DNA of 64,000 nucleotides. Source: Octopus sinensis (lineage: Eukaryota). Numbering within the stretch: position 1 is the first letter of the stretch; every line of letters begins with the position of its first letter. The position numbers and the translations under genes were made by a program. The stretch covers positions 682,001-746,000 of the forward strand of contig NC_043013.1 in the NCBI RefSeq assembly GCF_006345805.1, written 5' to 3'. The notes beneath the pieces were generated by a model. The model was not told the DNA's origin. It ran no database searches and was given only the letters and a program-made list of their open reading frames with translations. Shown one piece after another: positions 12,439 to 26,210 of the stretch.

Positions 12439-15400
12439 AATAATAATAATAATAATTTCAAATTTTGTCACAAGGGCAACAATTTGGGGTGGGGGGGAAT
12501 GAATCAATTACAGTGACCCCAGTGTCCAACTGGTACTTAATTTATTGACCCCGAAAGGATGAAAGCAAAGTTGACCTCTGTGGAATTAGAACTCAGAACG
12601 TAGTTATAGACGAAATACTGTTAAGCATTTCATCCAGTGTGCTAATGATTCTGCCAGCTCACTGCCACAACAACAACAACAATAATAATAATGATAATAA
12701 TGATGATGGTTTTCAATATTTTAAACATTATTTGGAACAGCCCTTTCAATTCAATTTTAGAAAGTAAGGACTGGCATTCTGAAATATTTTGATAAGGGAG
12801 CATGGAGCCCAAAACTAAAAGAAACAAAGATGGTTAAGAACTGCTGTTCTAGTTTTCACTGATTTGCTTTGGGAGTGCCGAGGAATGATTAAGAACTGCT
12901 GATCTAGTTTGTCCATGCATGTACAGACTTGCTGAGGGAGTGCTCGAGAATTGTGACATTTAAGGATTTATTAAGTTTTCTGTGTGGTTTACTGTTCCAC
13001 ACATTTTGTCTTTGAAGAAATTGTTCTTCTCCTTTTATCCATACTGCCAGAAATTTATGTGTGTGTATGAATATAAATATATATGTATATGCATGTGTGT
13101 ATAAAAGTTTCTTTAAAACTGCAGCTACTAGCATTAATGTCTAAGATATACCATTTAAAACAAGAGTGAGTCATTGCTTTCTAACAAACTCTCGTTTAAT
13201 TAATTTATCTTGCTTTGCTCATTATTTTTATCACATCTTTAGTTCCTTGTTTTATCTCATCTCTCTTTATTTTAAATGAGCTTTGAGAGAGTCTCTACAT
13301 GGTCACTCACCAAGCTAGAAATAGTAGCCAAGTCTTTCTCTTATAACTCCCTCGCATTAAAAAAAAATGCTGGGTTCGTTGAATATAAGAAAAAGGAAGA
13401 TCAAAGTTGAAATTACCTTCAATTACAGATCTTACCTGATCCTAATTGACCTGAGGCTTTCCATAATTAACTTTAAAAAGAATATTGTCACATTTTCTGA
13501 TTAGTGTACACAATATATTACATGCTAAATGGGCTCCCTAATGCCTAATATAATTGTACACAGACCATCTCTCAGGCTTATATTAATCATCTACTTGGTT
13601 GCGCTTGGTTGGTTTCCTTTTGAGTAACTGCAGCATCTATAAATAATTTTGAGATCTCACTGTTTGACTTATATTACAACCACATACTTTTGACTACACG
13701 CTATACAACTACATACTTAGTACATCATTTTAACACCTATACCTTATAACCTACTTTTCTGAGGAGATAAATTCTTTTATTATTAAAGAGCGCATTTCTT
13801 TCTTCTTTCGTCTGTCTTTCTAAAAAGTGGTTTTTAGACCTGAAAAAGGAGGATCAACCTTTGCAGGCTGGTTTGATCAACGTGGTTGCAGGAAATATGT
13901 AGGTGGAATAAGTTTTCTATGAGGTGCTGTGGTTGTTGTGTTATTATCATCCTGTGTAACTACATAGGCAGTTTCTTTTGTAATTTAAACTTAGGTTGAT
14001 TTACCTCCACACCCAAAACTAAAAAGTTTACCTAAGATAAAAGATGTTATCTGAAACATTAGAGTGAATAGTTCACAGCCTTTTACTTCTGCCTTGCTAA
14101 CACTATCAGGGTCATAGCTGTTGTTTTTAGTGCACTTGTCGTTACTTGATCACCTAGCTATGAGCTGAGTGGATATTTTATTGGAGTCCCTCTCTCTGCT
14201 TTTTAAAAGCTTCAGATTGCCTCTCTCACTCACCCTTCAATTAGCTTTAATACACTCATAGCTTCTCTGTTGATTTTGTAATTAGAATCAAATTATCTGA
14301 ATAGAAAAACAATGAAAGCAATAAATACCAAGACTAAAATGTTTACTTTTACTAAGTAAACATTTTAGTAAAACTAAGACATGGTTGTGTGGTTATGAAG
14401 TTCACTTTGCAGTCATGTGGTGTGGGTTTCAGTCCCTGTGTGTGTCACCTTGGGCAAGTGTTTCCTAATATAGCTTCAAAATGCCTTTTGAATGAACTTG
14501 GAGACTGAAGCATGTTTTATGCAGACTTGTATTTGTGGAACCACTTGTTGTGGCTTCACTCAATCTCCCAGCTTGAGAAGTTTTCATCTCACAAGTTACT
14601 TGGCAACCCCACTGGCGTCGGTGCCACATAAAAAAAAAAAACACCCATTCCACTCTGTGAAGTGGTTGGTATTAGGAAGGGCATCCAGTTGTGGAAACCA
14701 TACCAAAGCAGACAATGGAGCCTGGTGCAGCTCTCCAGCCTTGCCAATTCCTGTCAAACTGTCCAACCCATGCTAGCATGGAAGATGGATATTAAATGAG
14801 GATGATATTTGCCTGTGTTGGTTTGTTCACACCCTTGTAACTTAGTGGTTCAGCCAAAGAGACCAGTGTAATAAGAACCAGACTTAAAATAAGTGCTGGG
14901 GATCCATGTCATTGACCGGACCTTTTGTGGTGATGCTCTTACATGGCCATAATCCAAAGTCTGAAACCAGTAAAAGAACAAAGCAAATTATTTGAAGAGT
15001 TTATAAATGGCAGGAATGCTTGGAGAGTGTTTCTGGACAGATGAGTGAATTTTGATGTTGCTCAAAGGGCTACGGAACCAGCATATGCTGTCAGGCCTCA
15101 CTGCTGATATTGGGGGTTGCATTCTATGCCTTGACCCCAGCATAGAATGAGGCTCACCCTTTTGAGCTGGGAAATGAATGGAATGCCTGGTGTGTGTCTT
15201 GTTGTGGCTACCCCCTCCTAACGAAAAAAAAAAAAAAAATGGGGAATAGGCCTGGCTATATTTATCTTAAGACAAGAGATTTCTCTTTGGGTTTCTGTGT
15301 GACTCTCTAGTTTCAAGTGGGTTTTTTTACTGCTTCACCCCTTCTTTCTTTTGGTCTCTAGGAAAATTTATTGCCTGTTAAAGGAAGAATGGATTTCTTC

Positions 15401-16203
15401 TATCTTAATGCATATTCTTTTATTCTTTTAGTCATTTGACTGTGTCCATGCTGGAGCACATCCTTTAGTCGAAGAAATCAGCCCCAGGACCTATTCTTTG
15501 TAAATCTAGTACTTATTCTGTTGGGCTCTTTTGCCGGACTGCTAAGTTACGGGTACATAAACACACCAACATTGGTTGTCAAGTGATGGTGGTGGTGGTG
15601 GTGACAAACACACACACACAGACATATACGGTGGGCTTCTTTCAGTTTCCATCTACCAAATCCACTCACATGGTTTTGGTTGGCTTGAGGCTATAGCAGA
15701 AGAGGCTGGCCCATGGTGCCACACTCAAGACTAAGTGGGGTGGAACCTGAAACCATGCGCTTGGGAAGCAAACTGTGCCTATAATCTTCGAATTTATAAA
15801 TAAGAACCTCCTATTATAATTCCATTCCCATCGAAGATGTCTTTTAGGAGTTTTAACTGGAGCGCAGGACCCAACTAGTACATTCTTTTATTGACCCCAG
15901 AAGGCTGAAAAGCAAAAGGGAGAACTCGGCAAGATCACAACTCAGGCAGCAAATAGCCAAATCTCTTCAGACTCTCTCAGACATTTTTGCCAATGTTTTC
16001 CAAATCTACCTGATCTTCCTAATAATTTCTTTGCTTTGTTTTTCTATTTATTAATAATTCTTTATTATTTTTACTGGCTTTAATCAGTGAAGAATAGCAC
16101 ACTGGGTAGCGGTGGTGGTGGGGGACTCCCTTTGAGGGTCAAACATTGGTCTTTATTTTGTTGATTTCCTTTCATTTCACCCCATCAAGAGGCATGACAC
16201 ACA

Positions 16204-16238
<35 letters not shown>

Positions 16239-18521
16239 GTAGCCGTGCACACATACATAGCTGTACCCGCAAACACATCTGTACACACACACAATGTAGC
16301 AGTACACCACACACACACACACACACACACACAGCTCTACTCACCCCTAGGAGAAGGTGACTCTGATAAAACTAGATATGTAGGGAATGGCATTCAACAT
16401 TTTGGAGATCTTTTGTCTATACTTCCATGTTCCTGAGCCTGTGACCAACATTGGCACCGGAATTCTTGCTCTGGCTTTTCCTTGGATCATGGCAGTAGGG
16501 TAGAAAGGGTTTGTGTAGTGCTGTGCAAGCCTTATTGGACCTAAAATTTTAGGTTGTGCAATCACTGGTGAGGTGACTTTCTGATGGCCTGTCAAGCAGG
16601 AAGGTGCCATGGTGAGCATGGAAACTGTGGATGCAAACCTGGGAAAAGCTGACTGAGGGTGCAAGAACCTCCTGGATGGGTATTGCTGGCATTTTATATG
16701 GGTGATGGTCAGTGATGTTCTTCTTTGGTCACAAGTGGACAGCCATGCACATATATATTTTTGTGTTTGTGTAGATATATATGTGTATGTATATAGTATA
16801 TACACACATGTGTATATTTGTATGTGTGTGTGCATGCATATATGTATGTGTAGATATGTATTGTGTATATATATATACATACACACACATGCATGCATGT
16901 ATGTATGTATGTATACATGTGAGTGTTGACAACAGGAAGGGCACTCAGCCATGAAAATCTGCTTCAAGAAATATCCTCCAACCCATGCAAGCATGCAAAA
17001 GTGGATGTTAAAATAATGATGATGATGACAATGATACCAGTACTGGTGCCACATAAGAAGCACCCAGCACACTCTGTAAAGTGGTTGGCATTAGGAATGG
17101 CACCCAGCTGTAGAAACCAAACCAAAACATATGACTGGATCCTGGTGCAGCTTTCCAGCCTTGCCAGCCCCTGAAAAACTTTCCAACCCATGCTAGCATG
17201 GAAAACATCCAGTAAATGATGATGATGATTATATACGGCTTCATACAAGTTCCATCCATGACATTCACTCACAAGACATTGGTCAGTCTGGGGTCACAGT
17301 AGAAGACACCCTAGGAGCTGTGCAGTGAGACTGATCTTGAAAATACATAGAGAAATGAATTTCTTAAACCCCCCCCCCCGTGCGCCATCTATGCCTGTGC
17401 CAAATTTTTGCATAACATGCATAAAGAATGTTTATAGAATACCATTCGGTGCAAGGTTGGCACTGAGCTAGAAAAGGCTGAGGGATCATTGTTAAATCAG
17501 ATATCCTTTATGTCACCAGTTAGTATGACAACACTTCACTGCCTGATTGATGGTGGAACTCCTTTGATCCTGGCTCGACTCAAACAGAACCGACTTTTGA
17601 GAATAACAGCAAGAACCAGACTTTCTTGTCTAAATATAATGTCTGACCCCTTCTGATCCCATATTCCAATAGCCAGGGGCCTGATCCAAAACCTGGAATT
17701 TTTTAGGAGGACTGACATCAAAAGGAAAACGCAGGTTAGTGAAGACTGTTGAGGGCCATCGGAAGGATGCTTGAGGGTCAGATGCTGCCCTTAGAAACCC
17801 CAAGGGAGAACTGTTGGTCCAATACTAAGAGTGGAAACCCATCTGCAGTTACTGTGTTTACAGTAGTTGCTTTTCTTGTAGCATCAGATATTAGTTGTCT
17901 GCTTCATGATACATTGCAGTTGTTGCTGGAAAACTCCCAAAAAACTCAGCACTGTTACTGTATTATGAAGAGTGTAGAGTGATTTTTAATCTCCAAGACA
18001 CTTATTGAACCATCACTGGTTTTGATATTTCAGCAACTTCACAAAATGTTATTTTGCATTTAGGCAACTTATTGAATATTTTTGTTATAATGAAATTGTT
18101 GAATTAATATTTTGGCATGAGTCAGTCTCTCCCAACAACACAAGGTTGTTATGTTTGCAAAGCATTGATTAATTTTATTCATCTGTTATTTCCCTAACGA
18201 CTTCCACTCAGTTTTCATGAATCTCACCCTCCATCGTTCTTAATGGCAGGAATTTTTTTGGGTGGGGGGGGGGGGTTATGCAACATTTTTACCTTTTGCC
18301 TTTTACAAGCTTCAGTCATTGGACTGTGGCCATACTGGGGCATCACCGTGAAGTGTTTTTATTTGAATAGATGGACTTCAGTACCAATTTTTAAAGTCTG
18401 GTACTAATTCTATCAATATTTTTTGCCAAACTGCTATGTTGTTGGAACGCAAACAAACCAACAGTGGCTGTCGAGCAGTGCAGTGAGATGGGAACAATAC
18501 AGGCACAAACGCATGCACGTG

Positions 18522-18588
<67 letters not shown>

Positions 18589-18654
18589 ACACGGGGCTGT
18601 GTGGTAAGAAGTTTGCTTTCCAACCACATCAGCACATCCAAAATTTTACTTACT

Positions 18655-19100
18655 CTGAAAATCATCATGCTAGCCTCCATGTTGGTCTCCATGTTGGCCT
18701 TCATGTTGGCCTCCATGGGTTGGACGGCTTGACATGGAACTGGCTAGCAGGGAGCTGTCCGGACTCCAACTGTCTGTTGTAGCATGATTTCTACAGCTGG
18801 ATGCCCTTCCTAATGCCAACCACTTAAGAGTGTACTGGGTGCTTTTCCCATGTCACCAGCGTGGGTAAGTTAATACAGCAGCGCTACAGGTGCTTTTTAA
18901 GTGGCACCCACACCTGAAAGGATAAGCTTGGATGTGTGCAAGACAGTGATTTTACTTAGCTTGACATGTCTCACCAAGTACAGCAAATCGCTACAACTCT
19001 TGGTCCCTTGGTATTCCCTCAGTGAGACCCAGTGTCTGAAGATCCTTTCTCACCACTTCATCCCACATTTTCCTGGGTCTACCCTTTCCACCAGTTGCTA
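18655..19100 (-). mobile_element. RTE-clade LINE 3' end with short UTR
   Basis: GRPRKMWDEVVRKDLQTLGLTEG...ETCQAK* followed by the terminal motif. Tail-only copies (family B) approx. 1100-1320(+), 6560-6740(-), 10620-10790(+), 14600-14810(+), 17030-17230(+), 21180-21475(+), 26610-26900(+), 32430-32780(-), 35730-35930(-), 39350-39560(-), 45100-45630(-), 54310-54452(+), 62690-62877(+). Confidence 0.78.
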
Positions 19101-19838
19101 GGAACGACACCATATTTTATTATGCAACCATAATAGACAAAACATAACAAACCAAAAAATATCTAGAAATAAAATGATAAATATTACGGTAGTTGGTGGC
19201 TACAATGTCCCATCTGTTTGCTGTTATTGTTTAACGCCAGGTCTAACCTGATCAAGCAGACTGTTGCTCAAAAGCATCCTGGCCTTGACTTAAAGTTTTC
19301 GTGTGAAACCAGTCAAAGGGTTGCATCCTGTTGTATTCAAGTGATTTTGCTGCTGCTGTTGTGTGAATCAAAGTTGTTTCCTGTTCCTATCAAAAAACAA
19401 GTCAAACTGCTTCGTGGTTTTGTGTTTTTACCCAATGACTGACTGTATCAGAGTATGAATTGTTCCACACTCGTGTCTATTTTAGATGAGTTTCTAGAGA
19501 GGTTAACACTTGAAACTGATGGCATCAATACTTCAGATTTGTATTCCATTAATAAGGTTGAAGAGTGTCGGAAGAAGTTCTTCGATTGGTTTGCATTTTT
19601 CTGTTGAATGTTGGAGATAATAAATAAGCTTGAACATGAGGGGAAAGATCTTGCATCTTAATGAGATCTGTTTGCTGATGCTCCTCCACTGAAAATCAAT
19701 GTCTGTCAAATTGTTAAACTGCTTCACGGTACCAGTCCAGTAATGAGGTCAGTGGTACTGAATACCTCCCCCACCCCTACAATTTAGTTGCCCCTCCCCC
19801 AAATTTGAAAACGTTGTTGTTGTTATAATTATTATTAT

Positions 19839-20012
19839 TAAGGTGGCAAAATTGTTAGCATGTCGGGCAAAACGCTTAGCAGCATTTCATCCGTCTGCAG
19901 ATTTTGAGTTCAAATTCTGCCAAGGTCGACTTTGCCTTTCATCCTTTCAGGGTCAATAAATTAGGTACCAGTTATGCACTGGGGTCGATGTAATTGACTA
20001 GTTCCCTCCCCA
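19839..20012 (+). mobile_element. SINE family C (tRNA head; central CCTTTCATCCTTTC.GGGTCGATAAA..AGTACCAG domain resembling Nin/Deu-type SINE cores)
   Basis: Repeated at approx. 12456-12665(-), 30270-30460(+), 36008-36215(+), 51050-51170(+), 51535-51730(-), 51757-51945(-), 61150-61328(-), 62165-62379(-); often abutting (TTA)n. Confidence 0.82.
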
Positions 20013-21609
20013 TTTATGACTAAGAGCATTTTAAAAATTAAATATGATCACCTGGGTTGAGCAGCAGCTTAAGTTGTCTGTTTGCTTTCTTGATGACTCA
20101 GTAATTTTATTGTTTCCAAGTTAAAATCTGTAGTTTTGTTTAACATCCACTTTTCCATGCTTTCATGGATCAGATGGAATTTGTCAAGGCAGATTTTCTT
20201 CCCATGATTTGATGCTCTTCCAGTCACCAATCCTCACCTGTTTCCAAGCAAAGTAAATATTTCCTCTCCATGGCCAGACCATGTTTATCATGGAAACTGG
20301 AAATGAACAACATTTCTTGTATAACAATGATGCTTGTTTATAATCATCATGTGATGTCAAAACAAAGAGTATACACACACACACAGGTTTCTTTCCGTTT
20401 CTGTCTACCAGATCCACTCACAAGGCATTGACAAAACAAGGGTTTCTGTAGAAGGTACCAAGGTGTCACACAGTGGGTCTGGACCCACTACTGCATGGTT
20501 GGGCAGAAAACTTTTTAACCACACAGCTATACCTGTGCTGTATCTTCTGCAACATGAATTTCCTTACCACAAGCAATACACCATATTTGATAGCCTATAT
20601 GACACACCTTATTTACCCCAAAATAACTTTAAAAATCCATCTGTGTCCAATGCACTCAATGTAGACTCAAAACTCGTGACTGTTGGCCAAAATTACATAT
20701 CAGATGTCACGTAGATGTAGCCTAGCAGTCTAGCTTATATCAAATGTGGATACAATAAATTGCTTATAATTACTGGTAACAACATAAAGTTATACAGATA
20801 AATGGAAGAATTGAAACATTTTAGTGGTAATTTATTTTACAAAAGTATAGCCTATGCACTCATGTGTCTTATAGGCCATCAAATATGGTAGTAGTTCCCT
20901 TTCAATATAAATATGACAGTTGTCAACTTTGATTCTAGGTATGTTTTATTGGGGTTGATCAAGGACCGAAGAAGAACTGCAACAGTAATGTAGGCCCCTA
21001 GTATTAGTCTAGGTGGGCCTTAAAAAGCTATTGGCATTACTGACACTTCAGACTAAATAGATGGAAAATAAAAATTATCATTCTACTCTCTTCACAGAAT
21101 AACTTCTGATTGACGGAAGATGAACATTTATAGGGCTACCCATAAAATGGCGGTTTTGATCTTCAAAGGTTGGGTTTGACAGAGGCAATGACAAGTGACT
21201 GAGACATTTGGTGGCAATATGCTGTGCTTGAGAAGATCTGTCAAGCTAAGTGAAGTGATAGTCGTAGCTGATGCCAGTGTTGTATAACTGGTACCCATGC
21301 TGGTGGCACTTAGAAAAACACCCACTACACTCTTGGAGTGATTGGTGTAAGGAAGGGCATCTAGCCATAGAAACCATATTCAAATCAGATTGGAACCTGG
21401 TACAGCTTACCAGCTTTCAGTCAAACCACCCAACCCATGTCAGCATGGAAAACGGATGTTAAATGATGATGATTGCAAATGAAACAGGAGCAATATTTAC
21501 ATAACCGACCGGTTTTACTCGAGCTAATTATGACTAAGAATTTAACGATAGCATGAAATTGTAACATTATCACAGAGAAAAAAATTGTTTCCTTTTTATC
21601 AAACCTTTT

Positions 21610-23175
21610 CATTATCATCATCATCTTCATTGTTTAACATCCGCCTTCCATGCTGGCATGTTTGGCAAGAGCTGGCCGGGCAGAAACCCACACCAGACTT
21701 CTGTAACTGTTTTGGCAGGATTTTTACAGCTGGATGCCCTTCCAAACACCAATCACTTTATAGTGTGGACTGGGTGCTTTTAAGTAGCACCTGCACTGAC
21801 AGGGTCACCAAGTACCTTGCTAGAAAAAAAAATTTTGAGAGGGAAGGGGGGCATTGAAGGAGGAGATCTTGTGTCGGATGATGAAAGGTTATAGTGTGAC
21901 AGTGAGACAGAAACTGGTGTCTTGCTGTAGAGGAGGTACAAGGTTACCTGACCAGTGAGAGATCATGGATGAAGACAGAAATAGGTATGCTGCCACCAAG
22001 GAAATACATGGTTACCCAATCTGAGGGAAGTGCAAAAGAAGGAGAGTGGGAGGTAGCAGGATAGAGATGGTGGCAAAATGCTGGGCATATTCACAAGGGA
22101 TGGGGATCAGAATATAAATAGGATGGTTGAGTAAAGGAAGAGAGAGAGAGAGATATAGATGGTGGCAAGTGCCAGGGCACACCCTTGAGGTTCAACTACC
22201 ATAATATAGGTGGCAGGATATTGTGAAGGAAGTGTGATTAAAGAGTGCAGAGGATAGGGTGAGTGGTGAAAATCTGGGTATATATAGAGTCAGGGGGCTA
22301 TGGAATAGCAATGATATAGAGGAACAGGGCCATGAAGACAGGATTAGGGAGTGAGAGGTAGGCATAGTGTATGAAGGAGGAAATGTGAGGAAGAGATGTA
22401 AATTGGTTTGTTGGTGTAGGGTGTGTGTGGAAAGCTTTTTTGTTTCATTTGGGTAGAACACACAAGTTGGGGGCTAGCGGATAGCAGTGATACAGTGAGA
22501 TGGCATGTGGGTGGAACACACTGGCCGGAGCTAGTGGATAGTAATGATACAGTGAGACAGGGTCAAGAGGACAGGATTGGCAAGTGGGAGGTAAACATAG
22601 TGCTTGAAGTGGAAATGTGAGGAAGAGAAGAAATGTAGTTTGGTTTGTAATGGAAGAGTGTGGGAGAAGTTTTCTTATGTAACACACAGCCCTTCTTGAA
22701 CTCAGATTCACTGATGTGGGTGGGTCTTCTCAAGAACTTCATATCACCAGACATCTCAGTCCATGGTCATTTCCTCCGTGAGGTCCAACTTCCCAAGATC
22801 AGTCCTTACCACTTCATCCCATGTCTTCCCGGATCTCCCTCTTCCATGGGTACCATCCACTTTCAGTGACAGACACTTCTTTATTCATACACATCACATG
22901 TCCAAACCAACGTAGTCTTCTCTCTTGCATGCTACATTTGATTCCTCTTATGCCCAACTTTTCTCTCAATACATTTACACTTTGTTATACATATGCACTG
23001 ATGTTGCACATCCAACGGAGCATGCTACCTTCTTTTCTCTCTAGTCTAAGCATGTCTTCAGCATTCAGAGCCCATGTCTCACTACCACAGAGCATAGCCG
23101 TTCGTACACAAGCATCATATAGTTTACCTTTCACTCAGAGAGTGCTTTTGTTGTATTTTACCTTTCACTCAGAGA
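21610..23175 (-). mobile_element. RTE-clade LINE 3' fragment: RT C-terminus, long low-complexity 3' UTR and (GAT)n tail
   Basis: VKGKLYDACVRTAML.GSETW...MLRWMC...RRLRWFGHVM at 22720-23170; the UTR ends in the ggatgcccttcc..gccaacc motif and a (CAT)n tail on the + strand. Confidence 0.8.
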
Positions 23176-23245
23176 GTTGTTTTGTTGCCAACAGAGGTAA
23201 TAGCTTTCTGAACTTCCTCCAATCTATCTTATTCTAGAAACCATA

Positions 23246-23286
<41 letters not shown>

Positions 23287-23694
23287 GGCGCAGGAGTGGC
23301 TGTTTGGTAAGTAGCTTGCTAACCAACCACATGGTTCCGGGTTCAGTCCCACTGCGTGGCATCTTGGGCAAGTGTCTTCTGCTATAGCCCCGGGGCCGAC
23401 AATGCCTTGTGAGTGGATTTGGTAACGGAACTGAAAGAAGCCTGTCGTATATATGTATATATATATAAGTGTGTGTGAATATGTTTGTGTGTCTGTGTTT
23501 GTTCCCCTAGCATTGCTTGACAACTGATGCTGGTGTGTTTACGTCCCCGTCACTTAGCGGTTCGGCAAAAGAGACCGATAGAATAAGTACTGGGCTTACA
23601 AAGAATAAGTCCCGGGGTCGAGTTGCTCGACTAAAGGCGGTGCTCCAGCATGGCCGCAGTCAAATGACTGAAACAAGTAAAAAGAGTAAAGAGT
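23287..23694 (+). mobile_element. SINE family A (tRNA head, internal (TA)n(TG)n microsatellite, 3' CAGTC-AAAT-GACTG stem-loop), young copy
   Basis: A/B-box head GGCGCAGGAGTGGCTG..TGGTAAG..GGTTCAGTCCC; CpGs retained; inserted in (TA)n. Other copies approx. 4902-5280(-), 6087-6390(+), 8655-9068(-), 11040-11222(-), 11338-11558(+), 15420-15778(-), 18305-18500(-), 20370-20540(-), 25435-25790(+), 33367-33745(+), 44895-45085(-). Confidence 0.9.
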
Positions 23695-24462
23695 ATATTT
23701 AGATCAGTTCAAATGTTTGGGCCATATTTAACTTGTACAAATGCTGTATTCACTGTCAATTTACCATGAAAAATTTTTCTTGCTTTAGACAATAGATGTT
23801 GAAAAAAGGCAACAGTCATTTCATGGTACCTCTTGGAGAAACATTGGTTGCATTTCTAGCTGTTTGGCTATCATCAGCTTTTTTGTGCCACCACAAGAGA
23901 GACAATCTTGAAACGATGCTTGCTTGTAGAAAATCGGTGTCAAAACATGAATTATGCATGGCACCAACCTCATTAGAACAAAATGTCTGTATGTCCTTGT
24001 GTTTGTCCACATCCCCACTACTTTACAATGTGTGTTAGTTTGTTTATGTCCCTATGACTTAGCAGTGCAGCAAAAGATATTGATAGGATGAGTGCCAGAC
24101 TTTAAAAAAGTGCTGGAGTGGGTTTGTTTGACTAAACTCTTCAAGGTGCTGCCCCAGCATGGCCACAGTCCTATGATTAAAACAAGTTAAAAGATATAGA
24201 AAAGCTTTGTGGGTGGATTTGAAAGAAGACCATCATATACATATGTGTTGTGTGTGTGTGTATATATATATATATATAAATAAATATTCTTGACAAGTCA
24301 TACAATGACGAAAACCGGTTGAATAAATATATATTTATATATTTTATCAATTTCTCATTTTATTAAAATTTTCTTTCATTTGAGCATTCTGCATTTAAAA
24401 AAAAATTTTTCCTTACTTATCATTTCTCCACGTGCGGTCAACACAACCCCACCATTTATTGA

Positions 24463-24467
<5 letters not shown>

Positions 24468-24512
<45 letters not shown>

Positions 24513-24523
24513 GTATGTGTATA

Positions 24524-24560
<37 letters not shown>

Positions 24561-24912
24561 GTAATGTATGTGTATATATGTGTGTGTGTGTATGTGTATA
24601 TGTGTGTGTGTGTGTGTGTGTATGTATATATATATATATATATATATGTAATGTGTGTGTATAGATATATGTGTGTGTGTGTATAGATATATGTATGTGT
24701 ATATATATATGTGTGTGTATGTGTGTATAGATATATGTGTGTGTGTGTATAGATATATGTATGTGTATATATATATGTGTGTGTATGTGTGTATAGATAT
24801 ATGTGTGTGTATGTGTATATATATATGTGTGTGTATGTGTATATATATATATGTGTGTGTGTGTGTATATATATATATAATGTGTGTGTATAGATATATA
24901 TGTGTGTGTGCT
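24468..24912. repeat. Compound (TA)n/(TG)n microsatellite with higher-order ~40-bp units
   Basis: Direct inspection; explains the spurious 172-aa ORF. Confidence 0.95.
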
Positions 24913-26056
24913 TGTCTTTGTCCCTCACCACACTTGATGATGGTGTTGGTTTGCTTATGTCTCTTTACCTGAGCAGTTCAGCAAAATAAACCAGTTTAAA
25001 AAAGAAAACAAAACTGGGGTTGATTCATTGGATTAAAAATTCTTTGAGGCCGTGCCCTAGCATGGCCTCAGTCGAGTGACTGAAACAAGTAAAAGAATAA
25101 AATATCTTAAAAGTTTCCCATTAATGTCTTTCTGCCGATCATAACATTATTAAAACGAAAAAAAAAAACGGAAACAAAAAAAAAAAGAACTGAAAATAAT
25201 TGTTATAAGGAAACAAAATACAAATTCGAAAACAATTATGCTCACTGCGACATTGATTGCATTCGTGACTTGTGTGTGTGTGTGTGTTGGTTTAGCATTT
25301 TTGTGGCAAAGTTCCATAAGGCTGCATTTGTTGACACAGACCAGGAAGATGTAATGTTTGAATTCTAAGCACTAACATTTATATAAGGAAGCAAGAAAAA
25401 TTATGCACGAAACTCAGACATGTTTTTGAAGAGATGCTATAGCTGTGTGGTAAGAAGTATACTTCCCAAAGCATGGTTCTGGGTTCAGTTCCACTGCATG
25501 GCACCTTGGGCAAGTGTCTTCTGCTATAACCTCAGGCCAACTAAAGCCTTGTGAGTGGATTAGGTAGACGGAAACTGAAAGAAGCTTGTCATATATATAT
25601 ATATATATGTGTGTGTGTGTATGTGTCTCCCACTACTGCTTGGCAACTGGTGTTGGTTTGTTTATGGCTCTATAACTTAGAATTTCAGCAAATGACACCC
25701 AATAAGAATATATACTAAGCTTTAAAATACTTAATTGCTGGGATTGATTTGTACAGGATGGCTGCAGTCTATTGACTAGAACAAGTAAAAAAAAAGCTGT
25801 GTGTATGTGTGTGTGTGAGTGAGTGAGGGGAAGTATGTCCGCATATGGTGTCAGTGTGTGGAGGTGCAAGTGTTTGTGAGCGTGTGTAATCAAATCTGAT
25901 AGTAAAGTCTAAAGTCTATCATAAGTAAGCTTTCTCTCTTTTGATTGTTTAGCTCAAAGATTTTTTTGTATTCTTTAATCAGAAGAGGAGGACTAGAGAA
26001 TTGCCATGACACTTGCACGCCCCCCCCCCTCGATTATTTAAGAGAAATATTGTTTA

Positions 26057-26210
26057 TACATTTTTTACATTTGACAGATATTTGTCCTCATCTTGTTTGT
26101 TGTTAACACAATGTTTCAGCTGATATACCCTCCAGCCTTCATCAGATGTCTTGGGGAAATTTTGAACCTGGGTTCTCATTCCTTGGGTATTTTTCGATGT
26201 TGTTGTTGTT
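26057..26210 (-). mobile_element. SINE family D, headless partial copy
   Basis: Reverse complement of the 3' half of the 273-545 element; hammerhead core CTGATGA/GAAA intact at 26105-26150. Confidence 0.85.
26105..26150 (-). ncRNA. Hammerhead ribozyme motif, copy with intact catalytic core nucleotides
   Basis: gacat-ctgatga-a-ggctg-gagggtatat-cagct-gaaa-ca-tt-gtgtt; CpG-decay changes in stems II and III. Confidence 0.6.

Noticed and set aside
15120-15149. Perfect 10-bp hairpin cattctatgc/gcatagaatg
   Set aside because: Isolated and short; plausible by chance in 64 kb; no supporting context.
16347-17072. Longest ORF in the track (241 aa, - strand) and overlapping ORFs
   Set aside because: Built from (TA/TG/CA)n microsatellite and RTE-tail sequence; low-complexity H/T/Y/I composition; no domain.
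18665-18716. 12-bp tandem repeat giving a MEANMKANMETN ORF
   Set aside because: Local slippage expansion inside an RTE tail copy.
24413-24972. 172-aa and 105-aa ORFs
   Set aside because: Translations of a compound dinucleotide microsatellite.
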